Shown here piece by piece: positions 10,781 through 20,398 of a DNA stretch of 64,000 bases (its first letter is position 1; each line of letters opens with the position of its first letter). Source of the stretch: Longimicrobiales bacterium (GTDB lineage: Bacteria; Gemmatimonadota; Gemmatimonadetes; Longimicrobiales; Gaopeijiaceae); contig OZ242324.1 of assembly GCA_965208255.1 (NCBI GenBank), positions 970,016 through 1,034,015 of the forward strand, read 5' to 3'. Position numbers and translations under genes: made by a program. The notes below the pieces were generated by a model, which was not told the DNA's origin, did no database searches, and saw only the letters and a program-made list of their open reading frames with translations.

Positions 10781-11680
10781 TTGAGGGGCTGGGGACGGGC
10801 GGGAGCCCTGTATCTCGCCGTCCTGCTGCTTTCCGTCTTCGCTCCGCTCGCCCTGGTTCTGATTCCGTTTGCCTGTCTCGTGTTCAGTTCGCCCGGGAAG
10901 CGGGTCTTGCCGGTCATTGCCGGTGCTCTGGGGATCGTGGTGGCTCTGGCGGGCGCATCGCGATCCGGACTGTGGTACGTGGAACGTGGATGGACAATCA
11001 TCCTGGGCGGATGCTTCGCCGCCGTGACGCTGTGGTGGCCCGAGCGGCGGTTCCTGCCCCGCGCGCTCTTGGCGATCGCCATCTCAGGTGTCGGCGCATG
11101 GGCCGCCCTCGGGCTGAGCCCGCGTCGCTGGGCGATGATCGACGAGATGGTTGCGTCCAGGCTGCGGAACGGAGTGGACACCTCCCTGGAGGCGCTGCGC
11201 GTGCTCAGGGACGGGAACCCGCTCCCCGGGACCGTCGTGAGCACGGTTTTCCAGGCGGCGGAGTGGCAGAGCAACCTGTTTCCGGCCATGCTGGCACTGT
11301 CTTCCCTCGCAGCCCTGGGGACCGCGTGGTGGCTCTACGTCCGCCTGGCGCGGCAGAGCGGCGAAGGACTCCGCCCGCTGGGCGATTTCCGGTTCCACGA
11401 CCAGCTGGTGTGGCTGCTGGTTGCGGGCGCGACGATGTTCATCCTGCAGCCAGACGGCGCCGCGGGCCGCACCGGCCTGAACCTGCTTGCCTTCACCGGC
11501 GCGCTCTACGCGCTGCGCGGCGCCGGCGTGGTGGTCGCCGTGGCGCGCGTATCGACCCTCGGATGGGTCGTGCTTGCGCTGGCGTTCCTGCTGCTGGCAC
11601 CCTTTCTGTTCGTGGCGGCGCTGTTGATCGGGCTCGGCGACACCTGGATGAACATACGCGCGCGAGCCCGACAGACATGA
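10781..11680 (+). CDS. Polytopic membrane protein, DUF2232/YybS-like by position and topology
   Basis: Multiple hydrophobic helices. It sits between rpsR and rplI, as yybS does in Firmicutes. TTG start. No sequence search was done. Confidence 0.45.
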   Translation: MRGWGRAGALYLAVLLLSVFAPLALVLIPFACLVFSSPGKRVLPVIAGALGIVVALAGASRSGLWYVERGWTIILGGCFAAVTLWWPERRFLPRALLAIAISGVGAWAALGLSPRRWAMIDEMVASRLRNGVDTSLEALRVLRDGNPLPGTVVSTVFQAAEWQSNLFPAMLALSSLAALGTAWWLYVRLARQSGEGLRPLGDFRFHDQLVWLLVAGATMFILQPDGAAGRTGLNLLAFTGALYALRGAGVVVAVARVSTLGWVVLALAFLLLAPFLFVAALLIGLGDTWMNIRARARQT

Positions 11681-11747
11681 CTGACAACCCCCGGCCTGCG
11701 TGGCGCCTGGCGGCGCAGGCCCGCATGTTTCGAGAAACCAGGAGCGG

Positions 11748-12203
11748 ATGGTGAAACTGATTCTCAAGGAATCCGTGGATCGCCTCGGTGAACCGGGCGA
11801 TGTCGTGAACGTGAAACCCGGGTACGCCCGCAACTTTCTCCTGCCGCGCGGACTCGCCTACGAAGCATCCTCGGCCAACGTCCGTCGTCTGGAGGCGGAG
11901 CGGCGGCGGACCGAGGAACGCGCCCGCAGGGAGTACCTGGAAGCACGCAGGCGCGCCTCGAGGCTGGAGGGCATGCATCTCGTCTTCCGGGCTCGCGCGG
12001 GCGAGTCCGACAAGCTGTTCGGCTCCGTGACCGCGGCCGACATCGCCGACCGTGCGGTGAGCTCGGGGCTGGATTTCGAGCTGGACAAGCGGCACATCAT
12101 GCTTCCCGAACCGATCAAGGCACTCGGCGACTTCGAGGTGCCGGTCCGGTTCCACGCGGAAGTGGAAGTCAACGTGACCGTCCACGTGGAAAGGACGAGC
12201 TGA
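11748..12203 (+). CDS. rplI: 50S ribosomal protein L9
   Basis: Contains 'MVKLILKESVDRLGEPGDVVNVKPGYARNFLLPRGLA'. The ATG at 11748 was verified; the upstream extension in the track ORF was rejected. Confidence 0.9.
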   Translation: MVKLILKESVDRLGEPGDVVNVKPGYARNFLLPRGLAYEASSANVRRLEAERRRTEERARREYLEARRRASRLEGMHLVFRARAGESDKLFGSVTAADIADRAVSSGLDFELDKRHIMLPEPIKALGDFEVPVRFHAEVEVNVTVHVERTS

Positions 12204-12223
12204 GCCCGCCGGGCGGCGAACGC

Positions 12224-12616
12224 ATGGTCGACGCGGCTCGTTCCGACGACTCCCGCCTTCCGCCCGAAGTCCGGCGGGCGGCACGGCTGACGCTCGAACG
12301 CAAGGCCAGCGACGTTGTCGTGCTCGACCTGCGCGGCATCTCCTCGGCCACCGACTACTTTCTGCTCGCCACCGGCACTTCGGATACCCAGGTGCGTTCG
12401 ATTTCGGACCACGTGACCCGGGAACTGCGTGACGAGGGCTTCCGGCCCGCGCACACCGAGGGAGGCCGGGACGCGCGCTGGGTGCTCATCGACTACATCG
12501 ATTTCGTGGTGCACGTCTTCCACCCCGAGGTGCGCTCCTTCTACCAGTTGGAAGCGCTCTGGGGGGATGCGCCCCGCCACGAATTCTCGGTCGACGCGGA
12601 GCTCGCCCCGCCGTGA
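12224..12616 (+). CDS. rsfS: Ribosomal silencing factor RsfS (Iojap family)
   Basis: Contains 'KASDVVVLDLRGISSATDYFLLATGTSDTQVRSISDHV' and 'WVLIDYIDFVVHVFHPEVRSFYQLEALWGDAP'. Confidence 0.9.
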   Translation: MVDAARSDDSRLPPEVRRAARLTLERKASDVVVLDLRGISSATDYFLLATGTSDTQVRSISDHVTRELRDEGFRPAHTEGGRDARWVLIDYIDFVVHVFHPEVRSFYQLEALWGDAPRHEFSVDAELAPP

Positions 12617-13791
12617 GCGTGCGAACCCGGCCGCCGTCCCGCGCGGGGCGCGCCCGCAAAGTGCCCGTCTGGCAGCCGCTGACGTGGGAGAAGACGGGTC
12701 TTGCGGCCGTTCCCGGACTGGATCCCGCCCCCGAGGCGGGGCGGGGCCGGGTGATCGCCTTGCGGGCCACTCCGGGCGCGCGGGGGAAGGGATGGGCGGC
12801 GCGCGCGGCCGCCGAGATCGCCGCCGCGGAGGAGGCGCAGGGGGCGCGGGTGCTGCTCGTCGATCTCTTTCTCGACGAACCCCACTTGCACGAGGCGTTC
12901 GGCGCGCGCAACCTGGAGGGCATCGCCGACCTGGTCAGCTATGGCGCATCCCTGGGGCGGATCGCGCGTCCCGCCGGCGACGGATCCTTCCGGGTCGCGA
13001 CCGCGGGGACGCCCGTCGCCGACGCCCGCGCCGTTCTGGATCAGCCCCGCTGGCGGAATCTGGTGGAGCATCTGGTGGAGGACGGGGTTACGCTCCTCGC
13101 CTACCAGCCGGCGGAATCGGTAGTGCATCCGGAGGGGAGCCCATCGATCGTGCTGGCCCGCAAGGGCGAGCCGATGGCGGCGCTGGGCGCCACGGGTCTC
13201 AGGTACGCAGTGGCGGTGCTGGGGCCGCCCGCCGGAGGCGCCGCCGTGGCGGCGGTTTCAGACGCCGCGCGCGCTCTCGGCGAGCAGGGCTACCGGGTAT
13301 CGCTGTGGGACGACGGCGAGCCGGAGCAGCTTCCCGAGCCCGAGCCGGAGCAGCAGCCCGAGCTGGAGCAGCATCTCCAGCCCGAGGCGGGGCAGTCTGC
13401 CAAGCCCGAGGTGGAGCAGCCTCCCGGGGCCGGGCCGGAGCAAGCTCCAAAGCCCGAGGCGGGGCAGCCTCCCCGGCCCGAGCCGGTGCAATCTGCCGCG
13501 GCCGGGACGGACCAAGCGGTCCCGGTCGAAGCTCATGAATCCTCCGCGGCCGAAGCCCACCCGGCGCCCGTGGCCGAGGCTTCCGCGGGCGCCGGAGCGG
13601 CCTCCGCACCCGCCCGGGTCCGCGGCCGTGGCCTCAGCGTCGCGGCGTTCGTGGTTCTGGTCCTGTTCGCGACCGTGATGATCCTGATGGGGATCGACAA
13701 TGCGGGGATCGCCGAGGTTCCCGGAGCGGACCGCTTCCGGGAACTGTTCGAAGTGTTCCTGGAGCGGATCAGCGGGTTCTTCACCCGATGA
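12613..13791 (+). CDS. Hypothetical membrane-anchored protein: degenerate BY-kinase/ParA-like P-loop domain + Pro/Glu-rich repeats + C-terminal TM helix
   Basis: 'VIALRATPGARGKGWAA...ARVLLVDLFLDEPHLHEAFG...GIADLV...TAGTPVAD' parallels the CpsD/Wzz-kinase layout, but Walker A reads GKG and there is no Walker B Asp. PE repeats: 'PEPEPEQQPELEQHLQPEAGQ...'. TM helix: 'VAAFVVLVLFATVMILMGI'. GTGA and ATGA overlaps link it to rsfS and smc. Confidence 0.5.
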   Translation: MSVRTRPPSRAGRARKVPVWQPLTWEKTGLAAVPGLDPAPEAGRGRVIALRATPGARGKGWAARAAAEIAAAEEAQGARVLLVDLFLDEPHLHEAFGARNLEGIADLVSYGASLGRIARPAGDGSFRVATAGTPVADARAVLDQPRWRNLVEHLVEDGVTLLAYQPAESVVHPEGSPSIVLARKGEPMAALGATGLRYAVAVLGPPAGGAAVAAVSDAARALGEQGYRVSLWDDGEPEQLPEPEPEQQPELEQHLQPEAGQSAKPEVEQPPGAGPEQAPKPEAGQPPRPEPVQSAAAGTDQAVPVEAHESSAAEAHPAPVAEASAGAGAASAPARVRGRGLSVAAFVVLVLFATVMILMGIDNAGIAEVPGADRFRELFEVFLERISGFFTR

Positions 13792-16700
13792 AGCTCGCCT
13801 CGCTGAGCCTGCACGGGTTCAAGTCGTTCCCCGAGCGCACCGACATCGTCTTCCACGAGGGCATTACCGCGATCGTGGGCCCGAACGGATGCGGCAAATC
13901 CAACATCAGCGACGCGGTTCGCTGGGTGTTGGGCGAACAGCGGCCGACGGTGGTCCGAGGCTCCCGCATGGAAGAGGTGATCTTCCAGGGCACGGTCAAT
14001 CGGCGGCCCATCAACCGCGGCTCGGTGATTCTCCGGGTCACCAACGAAGACGGCCTGCTTCCGGTTCCCTACGGCGAGGTCGAGATCGGCCGCACCGTCT
14101 TCCGCGATGGCGGCAGCGAGTACTCGATCAACCGCGCCACCTGCCGACTGCGCGACGTGCAGGAGCTTTGCCGGGACACCGGACTCGGCGCCAACGCCTA
14201 CGCGATCATCGAAAGCCGCATGATCGACGCGATTCTGTCAGAGCGCGCCGAAGAGCGGCGAGGGCTGTTCGAGGAGGCCGCCGGGATCGGCAAATACAAG
14301 GATCGGAGCCGGATCGCGGGACAGCGGCTGGCCCGGGCCGAACTGGACCTCGAACGCCTGGAGGACGTGATCGCGGAGGTGGCGACCAAGGTCCGTTCCC
14401 TGGCGCGCCAGAAGGGGAAGGCGCAGCGCTACCATGGGTTGAGGAAGCGTCGCCTCTCGGTCGAGGTAGCGGTGGTGTCGGCGGAACTGGTGGAGTTCGA
14501 GAATCGGCTGGCGAAGGTACGCGAGCTGCTCGCGCGTGAACTGGAGGCGCAGCAGACGACGCTCATCGAGCTCCGGACCGCGGAGATCGAGCGCGAGGCC
14601 TCGCGGGTGCGAAGCCTGGAGGCGGAGAAGTCCCGCACCGAGGCGGCGGGGGTGCTGGACAGCATCCAGCAGGATCTGGTGCGCTGGGAACGGGACCTGG
14701 CGGTTGCCCGCGAGCGCATCGTGTACGCGGAGCGGCGACTGGGGCAGATCGGCGAGGATCAGGAGGTGGCCCGCCGGCGTTCCGGCGAACTGGCGCGCGA
14801 ACTGACCGAACTCAAGGGGTCGCGCGCCCGGATCGCGGCCGAACGGGCTGAAGTGAGCGCGCAGGCGCGGGAGGCGCGGGAGGCGACGGCGGGCACCCGG
14901 AAAAGGCTTCGGAACGCACGCGCGACGCTCGCGGACGTGCGCGGCAAGGAACGGAAGCTTCTGCGCCAGGTGGCCGCCAAGGAAGGCACCGTCGCGGCCT
15001 CGCGCACCCGGCTGGACGAGTTGCGTGGACGCCTGGCCCGGATCGAGGAAAGAGCTTCCCAGACGGAGCTCGAGCTGACCGGGATGCGGGAGGAGGGTGG
15101 AGCGTCCGACGACCGGATGACCCGCCTGGAAGCCTCCGTGACCCGGGCGCGAGAGGAAATGGACGAGGGGCTCGGGGACTTCGAGACGGCGCGGTCGGCG
15201 CAGGCCCGGGCGCGGTCCGTTGAGGTCGAGACGGCGGACGAGGCCTCCGCTCTCGCCGCTCGACGCACCGCGCTGGAGACCATGGAGCGCGATGGGGCCG
15301 GCTACGAGCCTGTGGTGCGGGCAGCACGCAAAGCGTATCCGGACCTGGTTCTGGGGACGCTGTCGCAGTGCATTGCCGGGCCGGCCGGAGCGCTGGCCGC
15401 CGCGGAATCGTATCTCGGCCACCTCGCCCAGGCGCTGCTGGTGGAGGACGGCGCCGCTGCCGCGCGCTTGCGCAGATGGTTCGCCGAGGAGTGGACGGAG
15501 GGCGGGGGGATCGTGCTGCTCCCGCTGGACGATGCCGCCGAGGCGGGTCCACCGGGGTCGCTGCTGGGCGAACTCCGCCCCGAGGGCCCGGGCGCCCCCT
15601 GGGTGCGGGTGCTCCTGGCCGGAGTGGACCGCGCCAAAGCCCCGGATGCCACGGCCGGAGAGGCGGCGCCCGGGCAGGACCGCCCGCCCACCTCCGTGGA
15701 CGCGCGCGGCGTGGTGGTCGTGGGCAACCCCGCGGGGACGGCCGGCCTCCTCGAACGCCGCGGCAAGCTCGCGGCCCTCGAGGAGGCCGCCGTCGCCGCC
15801 GCCCGGGAAGCCTCGCGCGCCCGGCGAGCGCGCGAGGCGGCGCAGGCGCGCGCCGAGCGGGCCGAGAAGGTGCTGGAGGAGCGCCGGGCGACCCTGGCGC
15901 GCGCCGAGGACGAGCTGCGCGCCGCCCGGGCGGAACGGAACACGCACAAGGAGCGGCACACCCGCCTGGCACGGGACAACGACGAGCTGGCGCAGCGCGT
16001 GCGCAACACCCGTGACGCCGTCACCGCCGCCACCGGGCGGGAGCGAGCGGAGCGGGAGGAACTCGAGAGCCTGACCGCGCAGGCGGCCGCGCTCCGTCGC
16101 CGCGGGGAACGCGCCGCCGAGGTGCTCGAGGTGGCCGAAGGGGACTGGGAACGCGCGCGGGTCGAGGAAGCCCGGCTGGCCATCCAGTCGAACCAGCACG
16201 AGAGCGAGCTGGCGCGCGCCGACGAGCGCCTGGGCGATCTCGGCAGGGCGGAAACGCAGGCCTCCTCACGGCTTGCGCGACTGGAGAAGGAGGAAGCACA
16301 GCTCGGTCGCGAGCTGGCCGAAGCTCGCGCGCTGCTTGCCCGGGGAGGAAAGGCGGTCGAGCGCCTCTTCCGGCGGCGCGACCGGGCGCGCGAGAGACTC
16401 GCGGAGGATGACACGGCGCTCGAGCAGGCGAAGGAAGCGGTGAAACAGGCCGGCCGAAGGGTCGAAACCGCGCGCGCCGCCGAACGTACCGCCTCCGACC
16501 GGCACCACGGCCTGAACCTGGAAGAGCAGGAACTCGGCGGGAAGATCGTCCTCATCCGCGAGCGCGTGGAGGCGGAGTGGGCACGACCCTTCGAGAAGCT
16601 GGTGGAGATGGCGGAGCCGGTCGAGGGCGACCCCGACGAGCTCAAGGAGGAGCTGGCCGGGCTCGTTCAGGGTATCGAACGCCTCGGGCCCGTCAACATG

Positions 16701-17291
16701 CTCGCCATCGAGGAGCACGCGGAGCAGAACGAGCGGCTGACGTTCCTGACCGGCCAGCGCGACGACCTCGAGCGGGCGCGCAACGACCTGCGCGCGGCCA
16801 TCCGCGAGATCGACCAGACGGCCACCCGGCTCTTCCTGGATACCTTCGAGGCGGCGCGCGAGAACTTCCGCCATATCTACCAGCGCCTGTTCGAAGGCGG
16901 AGAGTGCGATCTGCGCCTGGGCGATCCCGAGGATCCGCTGACCGGGCCCGTCGACATTCACGCCTCTCCGATGGGCAAGAAGACTCGCCGCATCGATCTT
17001 CTGTCGGGGGGAGAGAGGGCGCTCACGGCGCTCGCGCTCCTCTTCGGCATCTACCTCGTGAAGCCCAGTCCCTTCTGCGTGCTCGACGAAGTGGACGCAC
17101 CGCTTGACGAGAGCAACATTGACCGCTTCGTTCAGCTGCTGCGAGAGTTCAAGCAGCAGAGCCAGTTTGTGGTGATCACCCACAACCCGCGCACCATCGA
17201 AGCCGCCGACTGGATCTACGGGTTGACCATGGAGGAACCGGGGGTGAGTTCGGTGATAGGGGTTCGCCTCGAAGGGGCCGCGTCCCCGTAG
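13788..17291 (+). CDS. smc: Chromosome segregation protein SMC
   Basis: Contains 'LHGFKSFPERTDIVFHEGITAIVGPNGCGKSNISDAVRWVLGEQ', long coiled coils, 'LSGGERALTALALLFGIY...FCVLDEVDAPLDESN' and 'VITHN'. Confidence 0.95.
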   Translation: MKLASLSLHGFKSFPERTDIVFHEGITAIVGPNGCGKSNISDAVRWVLGEQRPTVVRGSRMEEVIFQGTVNRRPINRGSVILRVTNEDGLLPVPYGEVEIGRTVFRDGGSEYSINRATCRLRDVQELCRDTGLGANAYAIIESRMIDAILSERAEERRGLFEEAAGIGKYKDRSRIAGQRLARAELDLERLEDVIAEVATKVRSLARQKGKAQRYHGLRKRRLSVEVAVVSAELVEFENRLAKVRELLARELEAQQTTLIELRTAEIEREASRVRSLEAEKSRTEAAGVLDSIQQDLVRWERDLAVARERIVYAERRLGQIGEDQEVARRRSGELARELTELKGSRARIAAERAEVSAQAREAREATAGTRKRLRNARATLADVRGKERKLLRQVAAKEGTVAASRTRLDELRGRLARIEERASQTELELTGMREEGGASDDRMTRLEASVTRAREEMDEGLGDFETARSAQARARSVEVETADEASALAARRTALETMERDGAGYEPVVRAARKAYPDLVLGTLSQCIAGPAGALAAAESYLGHLAQALLVEDGAAAARLRRWFAEEWTEGGGIVLLPLDDAAEAGPPGSLLGELRPEGPGAPWVRVLLAGVDRAKAPDATAGEAAPGQDRPPTSVDARGVVVVGNPAGTAGLLERRGKLAALEEAAVAAAREASRARRAREAAQARAERAEKVLEERRATLARAEDELRAARAERNTHKERHTRLARDNDELAQRVRNTRDAVTAATGRERAEREELESLTAQAAALRRRGERAAEVLEVAEGDWERARVEEARLAIQSNQHESELARADERLGDLGRAETQASSRLARLEKEEAQLGRELAEARALLARGGKAVERLFRRRDRARERLAEDDTALEQAKEAVKQAGRRVETARAAERTASDRHHGLNLEEQELGGKIVLIRERVEAEWARPFEKLVEMAEPVEGDPDELKEELAGLVQGIERLGPVNMLAIEEHAEQNERLTFLTGQRDDLERARNDLRAAIREIDQTATRLFLDTFEAARENFRHIYQRLFEGGECDLRLGDPEDPLTGPVDIHASPMGKKTRRIDLLSGGERALTALALLFGIYLVKPSPFCVLDEVDAPLDESNIDRFVQLLREFKQQSQFVVITHNPRTIEAADWIYGLTMEEPGVSSVIGVRLEGAASP

Positions 17292-17408
17292 CCGCATCGC
17301 CAGCGGCCGAACGCACCGCAGGTACCGATCACCGCCGCCACCCTCCCCGCAGCCCGTTTCACCGCAGGCAAACCGCCCGCAGGAAAACCTGATTCGCGAG
17401 ACCAGACA

Positions 17409-18458
17409 ATGCTCATCGTCATGAAGCACAACGCCACGACCCAGGACGTCCAGGGGGCCGTGGGCACCATCCACGCGATGGGGTACCAGGCACATCTCAT
17501 GCCCGGCCGCCAGCGTACCGCAATCGGCCTGGTGGGGAATGACGGGCGGGTCGACAAGGCCCGGCTGGTGGGACTCCCCGGCGTACTGGAGATCATCCCG
17601 GTCAGCCGCCCCTACAAGCAGGTGTCGCGCGAGTGGCGCGAGGAAGACACCGTGGTGGCGCTGGACAACGGTACCATCATCGGCGGGCACGAGGTCGCCG
17701 TGATGGCCGGCCCCTGCTCGGTCGAGTCGGAGGGGCAGATCATGGAGGCCGCCGAGCGGGTGGCGGAGGCGGGCGCCACCATCCTGCGCGGCGGCGCCTA
17801 CAAGCCGCGCACCTCACCGTATTCGTTCCAGGGGCTGGAGGTCGAGGGCCTCAAGCTGCTGGCGCGCGCGCGGGAGGAGACCGGCCTGGCCATCGTGACC
17901 GAGGCTCTCGACGTGAAAAGCCTCGATGCGGTCGAGGAGTACGCCGACATCGTGCAGATCGGCGCCCGCAACATGCAGAACTACCCCCTGCTGCGGCGCG
18001 CGGGGCGGTCCCCGCGGCCCGTCCTGCTGAAGCGCGGACTCGCGGCTACCATCAAGGAGCTGCTGCTCGCGGCGGAATACATCCTCTCCGAGGGCAACGC
18101 GAACATCATCCTGTGCGAGCGAGGGGTGCGCAGCTTCGACACCGAGACCCGAAACCTGTTCGACCTGACCGCGATCCCGGTGGTGCAGTCGCTCTCGCAC
18201 CTGCCCATCATCGCCGACCCCAGCCACGGCACCGGCATTCGCGACAAGGTGACGCCCATGGCGCGCGCCGCGGTCGCCGCCGGAGCGGACGGCCTCATCG
18301 TGGAGGTGCACCCCGATCCTTCGCAGGCGCTCTCGGACGGAGCCCAGTCGCTCTACCCGAAGGAGTTCGTCGAAATGATGGCGCAGGTGCGGGGGATCGC
18401 CGACCACATCGGCCGGCCGCTGGTGTCTCCTCTCTCGGGGGCGGGCCAGACGGCGTGA
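17409..18458 (+). CDS. 3-deoxy-7-phosphoheptulonate (DAHP) synthase, type I-beta, with an N-terminal ferredoxin-like regulatory domain
   Basis: Contains 'VMAGPCSVES..Q', 'LRGGAYKPRTSPYSFQGL', 'VQIGARNMQN', 'KRG', 'ILCERGVR' and 'IADPSHGTG'. Confidence 0.9.
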   Translation: MLIVMKHNATTQDVQGAVGTIHAMGYQAHLMPGRQRTAIGLVGNDGRVDKARLVGLPGVLEIIPVSRPYKQVSREWREEDTVVALDNGTIIGGHEVAVMAGPCSVESEGQIMEAAERVAEAGATILRGGAYKPRTSPYSFQGLEVEGLKLLARAREETGLAIVTEALDVKSLDAVEEYADIVQIGARNMQNYPLLRRAGRSPRPVLLKRGLAATIKELLLAAEYILSEGNANIILCERGVRSFDTETRNLFDLTAIPVVQSLSHLPIIADPSHGTGIRDKVTPMARAAVAAGADGLIVEVHPDPSQALSDGAQSLYPKEFVEMMAQVRGIADHIGRPLVSPLSGAGQTA

Positions 18459-18556
18459 TGAGGGGGCCAGGTACACCGGCTGGCAAGTCCGGCGCGAGCG
18501 GCGTTGACGCGGCAGGGAGTGCCATTGATGACAGTTGACCCGAGTGAAGTTCCCGC

Positions 18557-20260
18557 GTGAGCGAATCGATTCCGGTCGGCCGGGTCATCGGCACGGATCC
18601 GGCGACGCCGCTCGAGTTCTGGGTGGCGGTGGCCGAGGGGACCTTTCTGCAGCTCGATGACGTGGTCGTGGTCGAACGGAGTCTTCCCGGCAGGAACGAA
18701 CCGATCCGCATCTACGGCATGGTGGCCGACCTGCGCGTCCGGCACGAAGGGGCGCGCTTCGACAGCGACGTCTTCCTGATCGAGGAAGGGGTGCTGCCCG
18801 CGCAAGTGACCGAGGCGGCCAAGGTGCTGGCCACCCGTTTCGAGCCCGAGGTGTTCGTGCCTCCGGTGCCCGGCCAGATGGTGCGCAAGGCCGTCGGCAA
18901 GGAGCGTGAGGAAGCGCTCTTCTTCGACGGCATGGAGCGCCGGATGCCGGTCGGACTGTCGCGTGACGGCGAGGTGGTGCACGCCAACGTCGAGTTCATC
19001 GACGGCACCCGGGGCGCGCACGTCAACATCAGCGGCGTGTCGGGGGTGGCCACCAAGACCAGCTACGCCGTCTTCCTGCTGCACAGCCTGTTCACGTCGG
19101 GGCAGCTGGGCACCGGTACCCACAACACCAAGGCGCTGATCTTCAACGTGAAGGGAGAGGATCTGCTGTTCCTCGACAAGGACAACCGCCATCTCGACGG
19201 GGAGCAGAGGGCGCGCTACGCGGCGCTCGGTCTTCCGGCCGAGCCCTTCAGCAGCGTCGAGCTGTGGGCGCCGCCGCGCAGGGGTGATCCCTCCGCCGCG
19301 CCCCGCACCGGGAGTCGCTCCGAGGGCGTGACCTCGTTTTTCTGGACGCTGGCTGACTTCTGCCAGGACGAGCTCCTCCCCTTTCTGTTCGCGGATGCCG
19401 AGGACGAGCGCCAGCAGTACACCATCGTGGTGCACAACGTGACCGCGCGGCTGCGACGTGACGCGCGGCCTCTCGACGACGGAGGCGTGCGCATCGCGGG
19501 GACCACCTGCCGCACCTTCGGCGACCTGATCGAGGCCATCCGCGAGCGCGTGGAGGACCCCGACCACCAGTTCGACTGGGCGGGCCGCTCCATCGGCGGC
19601 GGCACCATCAACGCCTTCGTACGGCGCCTGTACGCGGCCCGCCGGGACGCGGAACACCTCGTACGGGGCGATGTGCCCAACCCGGCGAAGCATCGCATCG
19701 GCATGCAGGAGCAACTCACCGTCGTCGACATCGCCAAGCTTTCGCGCCGGGCCCAGCGCTTCGTGGTCGGGATCGTGCTGCGCAAGACCTTCCAGGACAA
19801 GGAGGAGACGGGCGCGCGCGAGCCGCTCCTGTTCGTCGTACTGGACGAGTTGAACAAATACGCTCCGCGGGACGGCCGCAGCCCCATCAAGGAGATCCTG
19901 CTCGACATGGCCGAGCGCGGCCGCTCGCTGGGGGTCATCCTTATCGGTGCCCAGCAGACCGCCAGCGAGGTGGAGCGCCGGGTGATCGCCAACTCCTCGC
20001 TCCGGGTAGCGGGCCGGCTGGACAGCGCCGAGGCCGGACGTCCAGAGTACGCCTTCCTCCCCACCGCCCAGCGACAGCGCGCCACCATTCTGAAGCCCGG
20101 CACGATGATCCTGTCGCAGCCCGAGCTGCCGGTTCCGCTGGTGCTCGAGTTTCCGTTCCCGGCGTGGGCCACCCGTCCGGACGAGGCCGGGGACGCCGGC
20201 GGAGGGGAAGGGGAGACCGAGCCTGGAGGCGACCCCTTCGACGGACTGGAGCCGTGGTGA
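18557..20260 (+). CDS. herA: HerA-like hexameric ATPase/helicase (DUF87 family) with a non-canonical P-loop
   Basis: N-terminal HAS-barrel-like 'GRVIGTDPATPLEFWVAV...LQLDDVVVV'. P-loop 'NISGVSGVATKTSY', Walker B 'LLFVVLDELNKYAP', and 'LGVILIGAQQTASEV'. Confidence 0.75.
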   Translation: MSESIPVGRVIGTDPATPLEFWVAVAEGTFLQLDDVVVVERSLPGRNEPIRIYGMVADLRVRHEGARFDSDVFLIEEGVLPAQVTEAAKVLATRFEPEVFVPPVPGQMVRKAVGKEREEALFFDGMERRMPVGLSRDGEVVHANVEFIDGTRGAHVNISGVSGVATKTSYAVFLLHSLFTSGQLGTGTHNTKALIFNVKGEDLLFLDKDNRHLDGEQRARYAALGLPAEPFSSVELWAPPRRGDPSAAPRTGSRSEGVTSFFWTLADFCQDELLPFLFADAEDERQQYTIVVHNVTARLRRDARPLDDGGVRIAGTTCRTFGDLIEAIRERVEDPDHQFDWAGRSIGGGTINAFVRRLYAARRDAEHLVRGDVPNPAKHRIGMQEQLTVVDIAKLSRRAQRFVVGIVLRKTFQDKEETGAREPLLFVVLDELNKYAPRDGRSPIKEILLDMAERGRSLGVILIGAQQTASEVERRVIANSSLRVAGRLDSAEAGRPEYAFLPTAQRQRATILKPGTMILSQPELPVPLVLEFPFPAWATRPDEAGDAGGGEGETEPGGDPFDGLEPW

Positions 20261-20320
20261 CGCCTCCCGCCGCCGCGCTCGCGGATGGGCGTGCGGTGGC
20301 CCTTGAGCGTCGGGCCCAGT

Positions 20321-20362
20321 CTTTTCATTCTATGTTATGGTCACAATAACAATAATATATGA
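20321..20362. promoter_or_regulatory. AT-rich island with an inverted repeat TGTTAT-N7-ATAACA, 37-78 nt upstream of the mre11-like start (IR itself ~48-66 nt); candidate promoter/operator
   Basis: cttttcattctatgttatggtcacaataacaataatatatga stands out in otherwise GC-rich DNA. The IR arms are at 20333-20338 and 20346-20351. Confidence 0.35.
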
Positions 20363-20398
20363 CCCAGCGTCTGTACCCCACCGTCGCGTAATGCGATC

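Noticed and set aside
13315-13500. Repetitive DNA (cccgag.../gagcagc... units), considered as a possible CRISPR or minisatellite
   Set aside because: The repeats are short, degenerate, in-frame and encode the Pro/Glu-rich linker of the 12613-13791 protein. There are no unique spacers.
14238-16199. 653-aa and other long ORFs antisense or off-frame within smc (also 14812-15972 and 15302-16645)
   Set aside because: The same compositional artefact. The smc frame carries all the SMC motifs.
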